This document shows positions 11,335 through 23,823 of a DNA stretch of 64,000 nt, in pieces; the first letter of the stretch is position 1, and each line of letters begins with the position of its first letter. Position numbers and translations under genes: made by a program. The DNA comes from Octopus sinensis (lineage: Eukaryota), in contig NC_043003.1 in the NCBI RefSeq assembly GCF_006345805.1, positions 67,146,001-67,210,000 of the forward strand, written 5' to 3'. A model generated the notes under the pieces. The model made no database searches and had not been told where the DNA came from. It saw only the letters and a list, made by a program, of their open reading frames with translations.

Positions 11335-12120
11335 GCGAAGAAAATGTGATCTGAAAGGATGCATTGAGCAACTTATATGCAGCGCTCAGGAAGAAGCTTC
11401 GAGAACTAATTACATCAAGTTCCAAATAGATAAGAGCAGCGGGTTCCCCTTTGGAGGATGTGTGACAGTAGAAACGAAAGAATCTCACCTATTGTGAGTG
11501 AGTGTAGCAAGCTGGCCCAAAATTACTACAAAAAGTAGGCTATAGACACTGCACGAGTGCGTACGGAACGGTTTCGTCGCTCTGACCGCATCTCGGGCAA
11601 GTCGGTCCAATGTGTCTCGAGCCGTGCCTGTAGAGCTTATCCCACTGGAGGCTATGTGAAATGTACTGCCTGAACAGAACACGGAAATGGTACGAGCATG
11701 AACCTGAAGGAGTCACCATGAACAAGGGATATAAGTTTCCGTGGGACTTTATAATCCAATGTAACTCCCTAATCGAGGATCGGAGACACAGTTATTGTTA
11801 TGGCATGGAAGGAAAAAGGAAACCAAGGTTACACATATTATCATACCTGTGGATGCACGCATAAGTAACAAACAATTAGAAAAGATTGAAAAGTGGTAAA
11901 TACTAAAAGATGAAATTGCAAGCATGTGGATTATAGAGAGAGTGTCTGTTATTGCAGTAGTTGTAAGGGTACTCGGAGTACTAACAACCAAGTTCGAGAA
12001 ATATGTCAGAGAAATCGGAATCGCTATGAAAACAGAGAAAGCCCCAAAAGCTGGTCTGCCGCGGACAGCTATGATTTTGAGACTGGTGTTTGGGTGTAGA
12101 ATGTCTCGCACGATAACTAA
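11335..12120 (+). mobile_element. Degenerate Dong subfamily C 3' fragment, interrupted by a Tx1 piece
   Basis: DLKGCIEQLICSAQEEA.RTNYIKFQIDKS...ISPIVSECSKLAQNYYKK | HWRLCEMYCLNRTRKWYEHEPEGV...WDFIIQCNSLIEDRR...MWIIERVSVIAVVV..LG...RTAMILRLV. Confidence 0.85.
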
Positions 12121-12547
12121 TAACGAAGTATCAAAGCATATATTGTGCGCAAAGAGAACCTGTGAGGCATCTGTCGGCAGGCTGCTGTTCGCAGTCCCAG
12201 AATCTGCAAGAACAAATAGTCTACGAAAATTATTGTCTATGAAATCTCAAAAGAGTTTTAAATGTACTTAACAGTAAACACTTTTTACTATCATCTTAAC
12301 ATCAGACTACCATCTTAACAAATTTCTTTTAAAACAAACTTTTAATTTACTTATATGTTGACAGACGTTCTCGGGAAGAATACTTTGTGCAAAACCAAAT
12401 ATATAGTACTCTAGTCATAACTCCAACTTGGACTTGTAACTTGTAACTTCTTATTTCTTGAGGTCTCTAGGTGAGACTTGGAGTCAACTTGTACAAATAC
12501 AAAGCAAAAATCAAAATAAAATAATAATATCAATAAAAATAATAATA

Positions 12548-12600
<53 letters not shown>

Positions 12601-12621
12601 GGTGATGATAATAATAATTAA

Positions 12622-13051
12622 GTCGTTTATTGGTCACAATGGCTTACATAAAATTACATTAAATGACATACAACATAAAAGACAAAATTGGCCGATACAA
12701 TGGGTTATATATATTGTAAACAATATATATAACGATTAAGAATTAAACAATTTAAAGCTCTCAACAGGGGAGGCGATTTAAGGTCCTCAAGGGCAAACCC
12801 ACAAAAGCCACGTGTGCCTAAACAACAGGGCAAGAGCCCTTCTACTTCGATTCTCTTTTTACAGGTGTACGCTTAGAATTGGCCCTTTCACACTGACCAT
12901 TCTTCCAGCATTCACCCCACTTTCGACAAACTTGCTACAAGGCAACACTTCCCTATCCACCCTCAACTTCCTTTTCAAGTGAAACTTGAAAGAGTTGGTG
13001 ATGGCTTGGCCAAAGAGGAAAAGGTTAGGATATTTAGATAGAGATAGATAA

Positions 13052-13136
<85 letters not shown>

Positions 13137-13820
13137 CAGACAGAAAGAAAGAATGCTTCCCGATAGCACTGTCAGGCCAGGGATGTTTGGTGCTTGTCCA
13201 TAGGTCCCTGCCCAAACGTTGTCCTGAACAGGCGGGTCAGGTGTTCTTCGTTGAATCCCAGATTCTGCCTGAGAACGTCGTCTCAACTCCCCTCCATTAA
13301 GCTTCTATACAACACCTTCGTGGAATTGAAGTCGCAAAAGTTTGGTCCTGGACGGCAGCGTTGCTTGAGAGCAAGGCGGCACACGCGGTGCCATTCGTCT
13401 AGCCTCGGTCTCTGTTTGATCCACGACTGCAGCTCGGCCAAAGAGACGAGCTGCGTGAAAGCGCGCCGAACAAACGGTGATCACACCTGTTCACCGTCGT
13501 CTACGAAGCGCCGGAGATGTCTTAGCGCATGTCTGCGCACCTTCAACCACGTCATGCCAAGCCCTCCATTTAGCGGGTGTTGACAGCATATGGATCGCCT
13601 AACCATCAGAACGCTTCCCTGCCACAAAAAGCGGAAGAGTATGCGTTCCAGTTTGGTAATGGTAGGGTTGGGACAAGGCACGAGGGTCAGACGGTAATCG
13701 ATGACGGATGCGATGTACGCGGTCGCCACCTCCGCCCGACCTTTTAGGGATAGCCTCCCCTTGGCGCATTGCTGGGTGAGTGTGACCACGGTACTCGTTA
13801 TCTCACCCTAGTTCTTCAAC
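12622..13820 (-). mobile_element. 5'-truncated Tx1 (L1-clade) non-LTR retrotransposon, ORF2 C-terminus plus 3' UTR, with an internal deletion replaced by (GATA)n
   Basis: LSLKGRAEVATAYIASVIDYRLTLVPCP..LERILFRFLWQG..VRRSICCQHPLNGGLG...SLAWQCYREA | (GATA)n | ..FKFHLKRKLRVDREVL..SVHL*. The 3' UTR ends with AATAAA and (ATT/ATC)n. Confidence 0.88.
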
Positions 13821-13908
13821 TAGCAGGCTAGCTAGCTCGCTAGATAGATACATACATACATACATTCATTCATACATACATACATACATAAATGCATACT
13901 TACGTAAG

Positions 13909-14020
<112 letters not shown>

Positions 14021-15624
14021 TAGATATATAGATAGATAGATATATAGATAGATAGGGAACGAGGGATATTTTTAGTAATGCTCGTCGTAGTGTTTAATGC
14101 ATATTGTATTAATTTACTTTGTGTTTCTCATGTTTACAGGCGCTGGATCTATGCCTTTTATATAATTTTATGTATAAGAGCTATACATATATTTAACTAT
14201 ACATATATTTCGTTTCTTTTGTTCATCTATTTGTTGACTTCTTATAATTCCAACTTTTACGATTCTGCAGTTATTTAGCAGAAGTATTTTAAGTAGATTC
14301 CTATACGCCTTGAAGATAATGTGAACCAGTTTGCATGGGTTTTATATTTGTAGATACTAATTGTAACGATATAGTAGTTCTTTGTTTATTTTATATCCTC
14401 GGAATTATTGCTCGAGGTTATTTTGTGATGGGGGTATAATAAAGAATGTAAGGCTGAGGTTGGTGGTAATGTTCTTATTTTAAGTAACATGTTTCTGTTA
14501 TGTTTATAGAGCTGCAATGATTTTATGGTGAAGTGTAAAACCTTAACAAATAAATCAAATAAAAATGTATTACGAGTTTATAAAATATTTCTCAAGCACT
14601 GATAGTGAAATTAAAGAAATAACTAAGTAAATGTTAGACAAACAATGTAGATGTTTTATATCAGATGTAAGTGACGGATATTGAATGTATTCTGGCATTT
14701 CCTGAATGATTAAAACTAGAAACAGAAAAAAATACAAAATTATTTCCGGAACGACAATGTATGGAAGGGTAGACATTCACAATGGACTTTGTAAAACAAA
14801 GGTATTTTTCGGAGTTGTTATTGTTCTATTATTTCACTTTAAAAGAAGTTCACACTTGTTATAGTGTACAACAGACTATAATTATTCAAAGACCTGAAGT
14901 AGTTTATCATGATTAGGGACACAAACCTATACCATTAAAGATGACAGTTGTTTTCTGATACAGTTCCTTTGTACATTAAAAGCGCAAATTCACTTTTATT
15001 TCCCTTTTTTATATCATTTTACAGCGATGTGTATTATCAAAGCGACAAAGACTTTCGTCATACCAATTTCGATACTGTTATTGATTTTCACGGTATCTAT
15101 TTCTGAGAAGTATACATTAAAGGAATAAAGAAAATATTCATGTTGCAAAAGAAATCAAATCTCGTTAAAGTTTATTTGGTCATAATAAGGATATATTGTT
15201 TGTTGGAGAATTTATCTGAGCTAGTGTTATGTGAGTAGTAGGAAGGGGAACTTGTACTACAGTTTCGTAAATTATTCGAGGGAAGTAAACCTCGCGGGTA
15301 AAATAATAAATATGTACGAAATATATAGGATGGATTAAATACTCCAAGTTGTCAGAATACCAAATTGGTATACTAAAAATTTCAAAATAAAATAAGATAT
15401 CTACTAAAATTCTGCTACGAAACCTATGTATATAATAAAAGAGTTGTTTTAATAACGAGGAAATGTGTTTATAGACTGCTATCTATTTTAATTGTTCAGG
15501 TAAAAAGTTACAACTCGGGTCTCTATTGGCTTACACGCAAAGAGAAATCTGATAAGAAAATGTTAATTCTCACCCATTTAGTGCTCACATAAGTAGGAAT
15601 CAAATGGTTGTCCTGCTTTCTAAT

Positions 15625-16095
15625 ATTGATTTCAGATTTCGGTACAAGGCCAGCAAATTTGGATGAGGGCTAAGTCAATTACATGGACTCCAGAATATAT
15701 CTGGTACTTATTTTATCAACCTCTAAAAGATGTAAGACAAAGTCCATCTTGGCAGCATCTGATCTCAGAATGTAAAGACGAACAAATACGGCTAAGCATT
15801 TACCCAGCATGCTTACGATTCTGCCAGCTCACTGTCCTATACTGTTTTTTAAATATTGAATAGCATAGCAATGGCAACGTGCTGACAGAATCATTAGCAC
15901 ACCGGGCAAAGTGCTTACAGGCATTTCGTCCGTCTTTATGTGTTTTGTCCAAATACCGTCCAGGTCAACTTTGCCTTTCATCGTTTCGGAATCGATAAAA
16001 TAAGTTCCAGCTTAGAACAGGACAGAGGTCTGTGTAAACTAGATAGCCACTTCCCTGAAATTATTGGTCTTGTGCAAAGATTTGGAACCAATATC
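15625..16095. mobile_element. Two diverged SINE-A copies, head to head (minus 15625-15838, plus 15868-16095)
   Basis: Both carry ctgccagctc / gctgacagaatcattagc heads and ttgcctttcatc.tttcgg bodies, in opposite orientation. Confidence 0.75.
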
Positions 16096-16975
16096 AAATA
16101 ACATAGTAATTACTGACAACATGATAAAAGTGTCTTCCTCCTGATTTAGCAAACATTATTTTTGCAATTTTAGTAAGGGAGCAAATATTTCAACGTCCAA
16201 TTTATGATGAAACAAAAGACAACCTTTATTCGTATTCTAAAGCTTGTTTTTTTCTATATCGATAATTGCTTCTTCTAACGTCTCGAAAGACTGTTTGAAA
16301 ATTTGGCATTCATTATATGAGTTAGAATAAAACTGAACATCACATCAACATTCAAATTCTAGGGAAACATTGCTGGTAATAGGCAGTTTTGTTTCACAAC
16401 GACAGAAAATAATTAGATTAGTTGTGAACTGAAATTATGCTTTCCTGGAGGTACGTGATGCAATCATAATATAATTTCTGAAAAATTTCGTCCCTCGAAG
16501 ATGTGAAATACACTCAATAGCTAAACAACACACATCCGCAGACATGGGACAGAACGTGATTGCAAAGTTCATGTCATTGATGAGATCACGATGTAAAATC
16601 TTTGACAAGCCAAGGATTGATTAATTAATTAACCGAATAGTTACTCAAAACATCGATTGCTTAATTGGTCAACTAGTTAACCAATTGACATAGGCAAAAA
16701 TAAAGAAGTGAAACAGAACCAGTGTGTGTTGTGTTTATTACTGGCATAATGATGTTACAGACATACAAAAATATACACTTCATGGCACGAGTTCACATCT
16801 ATAACGCCGCAAACCAAATACAGAGATGTATATCCATTTTCATAATCACTGTTCGTGAATCTGTTACTGTACGATGTTTTAATATAACACTGTATCGACT
16901 CACACGGCCGGACAAGAATTCCTACATAAACTTATGCATACAGATCACATAGAAATACATACATATATATATGTA

Positions 16976-17056
<81 letters not shown>

Positions 17057-17689
17057 AGAGAAATACGCGCACACACACATATATGCTTACATGCATGTAT
17101 GTATATTTATATATTATATATATTTTATCGCATTAATGTGTTCGTTCTTTAATTGGAATTTTGTCCTAAGATTTCTAATGTTTTTTCGTCATATTTTATT
17201 TTCAGATTCTTTTTAAAAATTCGTTTAGGTATGAAAGTTTGTATTAAAACAAACAGTATATGACTTAACTTATTAAACAAAGTTCAACAAATTCATTCAT
17301 AGTTAAGTAAGGAAGGAGATTAGATGTTAAAATGGATAATAGTTTTTAGTTTTGATATTGCTATACAATTGTTTCATACCAATGGACTCAGATATTCATA
17401 AGTAGAACATTGTAGTAGTCTTACTTGTACTCTTCAGTAGTGAATAGAAAAACGAAAAAATACGTTTAAAGTACATAGGTTTTTTCCTTAGTTATTATTT
17501 TATGGGACTTATATATTTGTTCTTACAGAACTTTGTTTAATAAGAGAAATTATGTATTAATTATATATATGTTGGAAAACATTTAGCGGCATTGTGAAAA
17601 ATAACTTGCTACACATTACACATGGATACATACATACATACATACATACATACATACATACGTACATACATACATACAAACATACAAAA

Positions 17690-17790
17690 TACACTATTGG
17701 TGTTGAAATTCCACTGAAGGAGCCTGGGATCTAGGTTAGAAACCAGCTCTTTCTCTTTTAGCAAGAAACATTGAAATAAAAATGAATAAT

Positions 17791-17829
<39 letters not shown>

Positions 17830-18010
17830 ATAGAAATGGTAAGACAACAAAAGAATGAAAGAGACCTCAATATTATCTAAAGAAGAGGAATTTATGTGTA
17901 AATATATGTGACAATTATTCGGTGGCCATGATAAAACTCCGAGTTCCCGCCCCGACATCCGAAACTCGGAGTTTTGTCATGGCTACCGAATAATTGTCAC
18001 ATATTATATT
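17690..18010. mobile_element. Penelope-type terminal-repeat fragments with a fold-back inversion
   Basis: A degenerate hammerhead-like string CTGAAGG AGCCT-gggatct-AGGTT a GAAA CCAG CTC lies at 17714-17749. A 42-bp inverted repeat spans 17904-18004. Flanked by (TACA)n, (TA)n and (CA)n. Confidence 0.6.
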
Positions 18011-18017
18011 TACGGAT

Positions 18018-18056
<39 letters not shown>

Positions 18057-18089
18057 ATATATATACATATATATATGTATGAATGTATG

Positions 18090-18123
<34 letters not shown>

Positions 18124-19135
18124 TGTATGTATGTATGTATGTATGTATGTATATATAAATGTGTATGTGTGCGTGTGTGTAAATGATTATCTAGATAAGG
18201 TAGGATTTTTAGAAAAAGAATCTAACCAAATAACTCGCACATTATAAATACAATCTCGGAGGGGAGAAGCAAAAGCGTACAAGACTTTTCTCAAATTCAA
18301 AATGTGACATTGTTTTTGTTATTTAAATTCCAACAAAGGTGCTTTGTATCCTTGTTAGAAACAAATACTTTCATCGGATGAAGACGAATTAAATAATTAA
18401 TAATCAGAAGAGAATACATACACACACACTTACACAGACCCATACACAGATATGCGTGCGCGTTCATATTTACATGATTGAATTAGCGTGTAAGCGGTAG
18501 AGCTTTCCACAGACACGCAAACTCTCGACATTATTAGCGTGATATAGTTTGTGACGAGACTATATATATTCAACTGCAAGTACAACCCATCTGACCAGCT
18601 TCTGTATAATTTCCGTCAACATAATTTTTACTGGAAATGTAATGGGAAGAGCCGTAGATATAGAAAAGGATATTTGACCAAAATAACAATCAGTGAGATC
18701 GTACATGGAATCTTGTTTTTCCGAAGAAAATTTCTCAACCATTCGGCCATAGAATGGCCAACATTTCTTCATTAAATTAAGTATAAAATAAAATAAAAAA
18801 GTAAATGTTTTTCTGAAGGTCATTAGTTAATTTAATGAAGCGAATTGGTTTGAATTGAGTAGAGATGTCATGCAGCCAAACGATTTTCGCTAGGAGCTGA
18901 TCCGTTACATTAAGGTGCTTATTAATCTAATTGTATTTCAGTCTCATCTAACCCCAACATACAACATATATAACTTCCTGGAACTAAAATTCAATTAATG
19001 TTTTTTTTTTTTTTTTTTTTTGGGTTTTGGAAACTTGATCTCCTATAGTGACTGATTGGTTAAAAGACCATTCTGAGAATTGATAAAATACTGGAGCTGT
19101 GGAACCCGAAATTTATTGTCAGTGATTACTAAGCA

Positions 19136-19233
<98 letters not shown>

Positions 19234-19494
19234 CATTCGATACAGTGTATATTTAAACACATAAGGAATTCACTTATAGGGATTCTACACGCTAGAAAGA
19301 ACAGCTAGGTTCTATAACCACAAAAATTGGGGATAAAATTCGACAGGAATAGATTTGGAAATGAAAAACATTTACCGTCCAGTTTCCTGGACCAATTGGC
19401 TTCTAATCTTCTTTTAGCGAGTCAAGGAGAACTCGCAAGATCTGATACATACATACATACATAATACATACATATATATATATATCATTATTTA

Positions 19495-19705
19495 GTGAGT
19501 TCGATTCTCGAACCGTGCTGTATATTGCGTTCTTGAGCAAACACTTTATTTCACGTTGTTCCAGTGCAGTCGGCTGTATATATGAGTCACGACGTCACTG
19601 GCGCCAAGCTTTATCGGCTTTTGCCTTTCTCTCGTACAACATCGTTGAGGTGGAGAAGGGAGGCTGGTATGCATGGTGGCTGCTAGTCTTCCATAAAAAT
19701 CTGCA
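19495..19705 (+). mobile_element. SINE family D, partial
   Basis: gagttcgattctcg..gttcttgagcaaacactttatttcacgttg..ggcgccaagc matches 58500-58832. Confidence 0.8.
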
Positions 19706-20356
19706 GTGGCAGGAGTAATGATAATTATAATGATGATGGTCATAACAATAATGGTACTACTGCTATTACTAATACCAACACTGCCCCCCACGAACAACAC
19801 CAATAATTAAAGAGATGATGAAGACGGTAGTAGCATCATCCATATGGCTATTGACTCCTTTGAAATATAAACATTTGTGGAACAGTAACAGTAGAATTCA
19901 ATGAAAATAGGAATGTTGTTTACAACATTCTTAAATATGGCCGAACAATTATTCCTTTAGGTGCGGTGAAATTAAAGAATCTGTAACATGCCCAATAAAC
20001 CGCGCCGTCTAATCTACATACTGATTAGTTGAAATGCAGTTAGAACTTAGTTAGTGCGTTCACCAAACCGTGATATATAAGCGACGTATGGATGGGTCAA
20101 AATACGGTTCGTAAGATTTAGCAGGCTGGGGCCCATCGGAGGGTATTTAAATGATGAATCTAACCATTTTACTACGATTGTCAATTGTTGAACAAATGGC
20201 AAATATGCGTCACGATGTGTTGCCGCTACTGTATATAACTCGCTCTGAGATTTATCATTGTTTGATTTCACTTTTTCAATATCAGTGTCAATCGATACTG
20301 GAAAAAGTATATGTATTTGTGAGGGGCACTGACTTCCCGTCGACAACTATAATTGT

Positions 20357-20401
20357 CACACGCCGATGATAGGTCAATAACTTGAAACTCGAGACCGTGT
20401 G
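20357..20401 (+). ncRNA. Type I hammerhead-like motif with CCGAUGA core
   Basis: CACACG CCGATGA T AGGT-caata-ACTT GAAA CTCGAG AC CGTGTG. Perfect 6-bp stem I, 4-bp stem II (one G.U) and palindromic stem III. Position 16.1 is A instead of U. Confidence 0.65.
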
Positions 20402-20568
20402 TATCATAAGTTGAAGACGAAAGGATGGCTTCCCTTCACAAATACTGATATGGCACAGAAAGTGTGTCTATAGCCAGCTGGAGGAGGTGTTTTCCTGGAG
20501 CTACAAACTACAGTAGCATCCACCCTTAGGGGTTAGCCATATTCAAATGGCAAATATACGTCACTATA

Positions 20569-20681
<113 letters not shown>

Positions 20682-20704
20682 TCATAATTTGTGCATACAT
20701 ACAG

Positions 20705-21070
20705 GGGTGACGGAGTGGTAAATAGCATGGTTACCAATCATATGGTTCCAGGTTCAGTACCATTGCGTGGTACGTTGGGCAAGTGTTTTCTACTATAGTC
20801 TTGGGTCGACCAAAGTCCTGTGCGTGGACTTGGTACACGGAAACTGAAAGAAGTTCATCATATATATATATATTGATGTATACGTTTCTGTCCTTGTGTT
20901 TTCTTCTCCCACCATAGTTTGACAACAGATGTTAGTGTGTTTACGTGTGGTTACGTAGCTAAGCGTTTCGGTATAAGAACAAGTACTACGTTTACAAAGA
21001 ATGAGCCCTGGGGTCGATCTGTTCGACTAAAAGGTGGTGCTCTAGCATGGCCGCAGTCAAAAGAATAGAA
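20705..21070 (+). mobile_element. SINE family B (tRNA-like head, internal TA/TG microsatellite, ggcggtgc..catggccgcagtc tail)
   Basis: Colinear with 22400-22805 and with the reverse copies at 57160-57500 and 61590-61885. Confidence 0.85.
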
Positions 21071-21127
21071 GAATACATGTATCTAACTATATATTACCTA
21101 TCTATCTATATATCCATCTATATATCC

Positions 21128-21170
<43 letters not shown>

Positions 21171-21924
21171 GATCTATCTATCTATATATATATATATTTA
21201 TATATATATGTATCTATGTATGTATATGTCTAGACACTGGAAATCATTACTAAAAGTTTGTCATATCACTGTAGGTCATCGAATATTCAGGATAGTTAAA
21301 ACATGCGGTTGACTGCTTTGCGGTTATTGTCTCGTCTGCTCCTTGAATTCAAACACCGCCAAGAAATTCTTTACATCTTTTCCACCCGGAGTTGGATAAA
21401 TAAAATATCAGCGAAGTACTGAGATCTGTCTCATTTTCTTTTTCTACCAGATTCCGTTAAGTCGTGTTGTGTAAAGTGTTTTGGCAAACCTTTTACAGAA
21501 TTCCTTTATCTAGAAATAATGTTTGGCTTAGCGAAATGGCAGCAACGACTGATTTGCCATTGGAAGCGTCCAAGGAGATGTAAGTGCTATAAAGCACAGA
21601 ACAAAAATGCAGAAATAGGAAGATGATAGGCTTACGTAGTTTTCCATTATTATATCCGCGTCGGATTATATAAGAAACTGACAGCTGGTGTTGATCCAGA
21701 ATAACAGGACGTTGGTTCTGCGTAAATAAATTTTCATGCATGTTTTATATTGAGCTTCCGTTCCTTACAACCAACAAATAACTCTGTGTGTGTGTGTGAT
21801 CGTGAATCTATATACATATGTACGTAAGCACTCACACGTAGTTACTGAGATGTATAAAATCCATGAGCATATAATGACACACACATACACACACACACAA
21901 TTTCTTATATTGCTGATATTTTAT

Positions 21925-22160
21925 TCTTTAATTCAAAGCAACGAGCCGTTAGAAGCATTTACACGCCGCTGGGCAACACGCGTTGCAGTATTTCGTTCGT
22001 CTTTACGCTCTGGTTTCAAATTCCGCCTAGGTCGACTTCGCATTTCATCCTTTAGGAGAAGAAAACATAAATACCAGTTGAGCACCGGGATAGATGTAAT
22101 TGACTTACCCCTCCCTTGAATTTCCTGGTTTTGTGCCAAAATTTGAAACGAATATTTCGA
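21925..22160 (+). mobile_element. SINE family A
   Basis: ...ttacgctctggtttcaaattccgcctaggtcgacttcgcatttcatcc..aaataccagttgagcaccggg. Confidence 0.85.
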
Positions 22161-22399
22161 TGCTTGATTCTAGCTCCTCACGCTTTTCCACGAGTTGTTC
22201 GACTTCATATGTTGTATATTTGTCTTCTATCCCCCATAACGTCACCTGCCAATTTGTTGCTTTCTAACAGGGTTGACAATGTCAAAAACGTTTGGACTGG
22301 CACTCCAGTTTGAAGATACATTCTCACGCTCTTCCAACAATCAGACCTTCTTAGATGTATATAGACACTACCTTGTCGCCTGACTAAAAAACAAATGTA

Positions 22400-22556
22400 T
22401 AGGCGCAGGCGTGGCTGTGTCATGAGAAGCTTAACTTCCTCATCACATGGCTCCGGGTTCAGTCCCTCTGAGTGGCAAACTAGGCAAATGTGTAGCCTCG
22501 AGCAGACCAAGGTTTTGTGAGTGGATTTGGTAGACGGAATCGAAAAGAAATCCGCG

Positions 22557-22632
<76 letters not shown>

Positions 22633-22805
22633 TGCGTTTGTCCCGATCTACAGCTAGATAATCTGTGTTTATGAGTTTATGTCCCTGAAACTTAACGGTT
22701 CGCTAGAAGAACCAGGCTTAAACATACATGTACTGGGGCTGATTCTTTTGCCTAAACCTTCTTCTACAATGGCCGCAGTCTAATGACTGAAACAAGTAAG
22801 AGGTA
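22400..22805 (+). mobile_element. SINE family B with expanded internal (TA)n(TG)n
   Basis: aggcgcaggcgtggctgtg..cacatggctccgggttcagtccc..gtgagtggatttggtagacgg..(TA)(TG)..atggccgcagtctaatgactgaaacaagtaa. Confidence 0.88.
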
Positions 22806-23398
22806 AAGATATACTTGTTGAATTCTAAGACCCTCTCCACAACGAATGCCCAGTGAATAAAGAAACATACACTAGCCTTACAGCGAGTTGAACACCTTCC
22901 ATAGCAATATACGTAATGCTATCGGGTACATTAATGACTGCGCCAATCTGAAGCCTAAATAATAAGGGTGAGTAATAGATCTATAATTTAACAATAAATT
23001 TTGGTTATATTCATTTACGAAAGACTTGCTAATAATAACAGCGCACATATCACTCAATACAAAGTAGCCTTCCATAGTTGATAGAGGCACATAGAAATAT
23101 ATGTCAGTGTAGAATTAATATGTATTTAATAGGTAATTCAAATTTTGCACTCGGGTTGAAGTATCTAATGCACTCAGTTTTAGTAAGCGTTGAGATATTA
23201 ATACTTTTCATTCCAGACATTTATTGCTATACAAACTATTACAAATAATAGTATTCCATAACTTTTCATTAAGATCGTTGCATTAACTTTTCTCTCCCCT
23301 CTCATTCTTTCTCTCTCATCATATATATGTTTGTGTGCTTGTGTGTATACACACACACACACGTAGTTGCACGTATATATGAATGTATGTATATATCT

Positions 23399-23443
<45 letters not shown>

Positions 23444-23445
23444 CG

Positions 23446-23476
<31 letters not shown>

Positions 23477-23756
23477 GTTTGTGTATATGAATGCGTGTAT
23501 ACATATATCATGGTGTGTATATGTATATACGTATATGTGTACGCGCAAACACGCACATATGCATATATTTATATATGAGTATACTTAGAATGTATATAGA
23601 ATGTACTATAGAATATACTATAGAATGTAGCAAATATGGCCATACATCGATAAAACGTTAAATAGACTTAAGATTATGTAGTTCAAATTACTTTAGGATA
23701 CACACACACACACTTACACGCACACACTATTACAAAATATATATTTATATATTTAG

Positions 23757-23823
<67 letters not shown>

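Noticed and set aside
21636-21717. Possible 82-nt minus-strand exon (tttacgcag..gtaagc)
   Set aside because: The only open frame has no SLC6 or other recognisable similarity.
22271-22383. Strong-looking plus-strand acceptor (tgctttctaacag) followed by a 37-codon frame
   Set aside because: There is no convincing donor or homology, and it sits between two SINEs.
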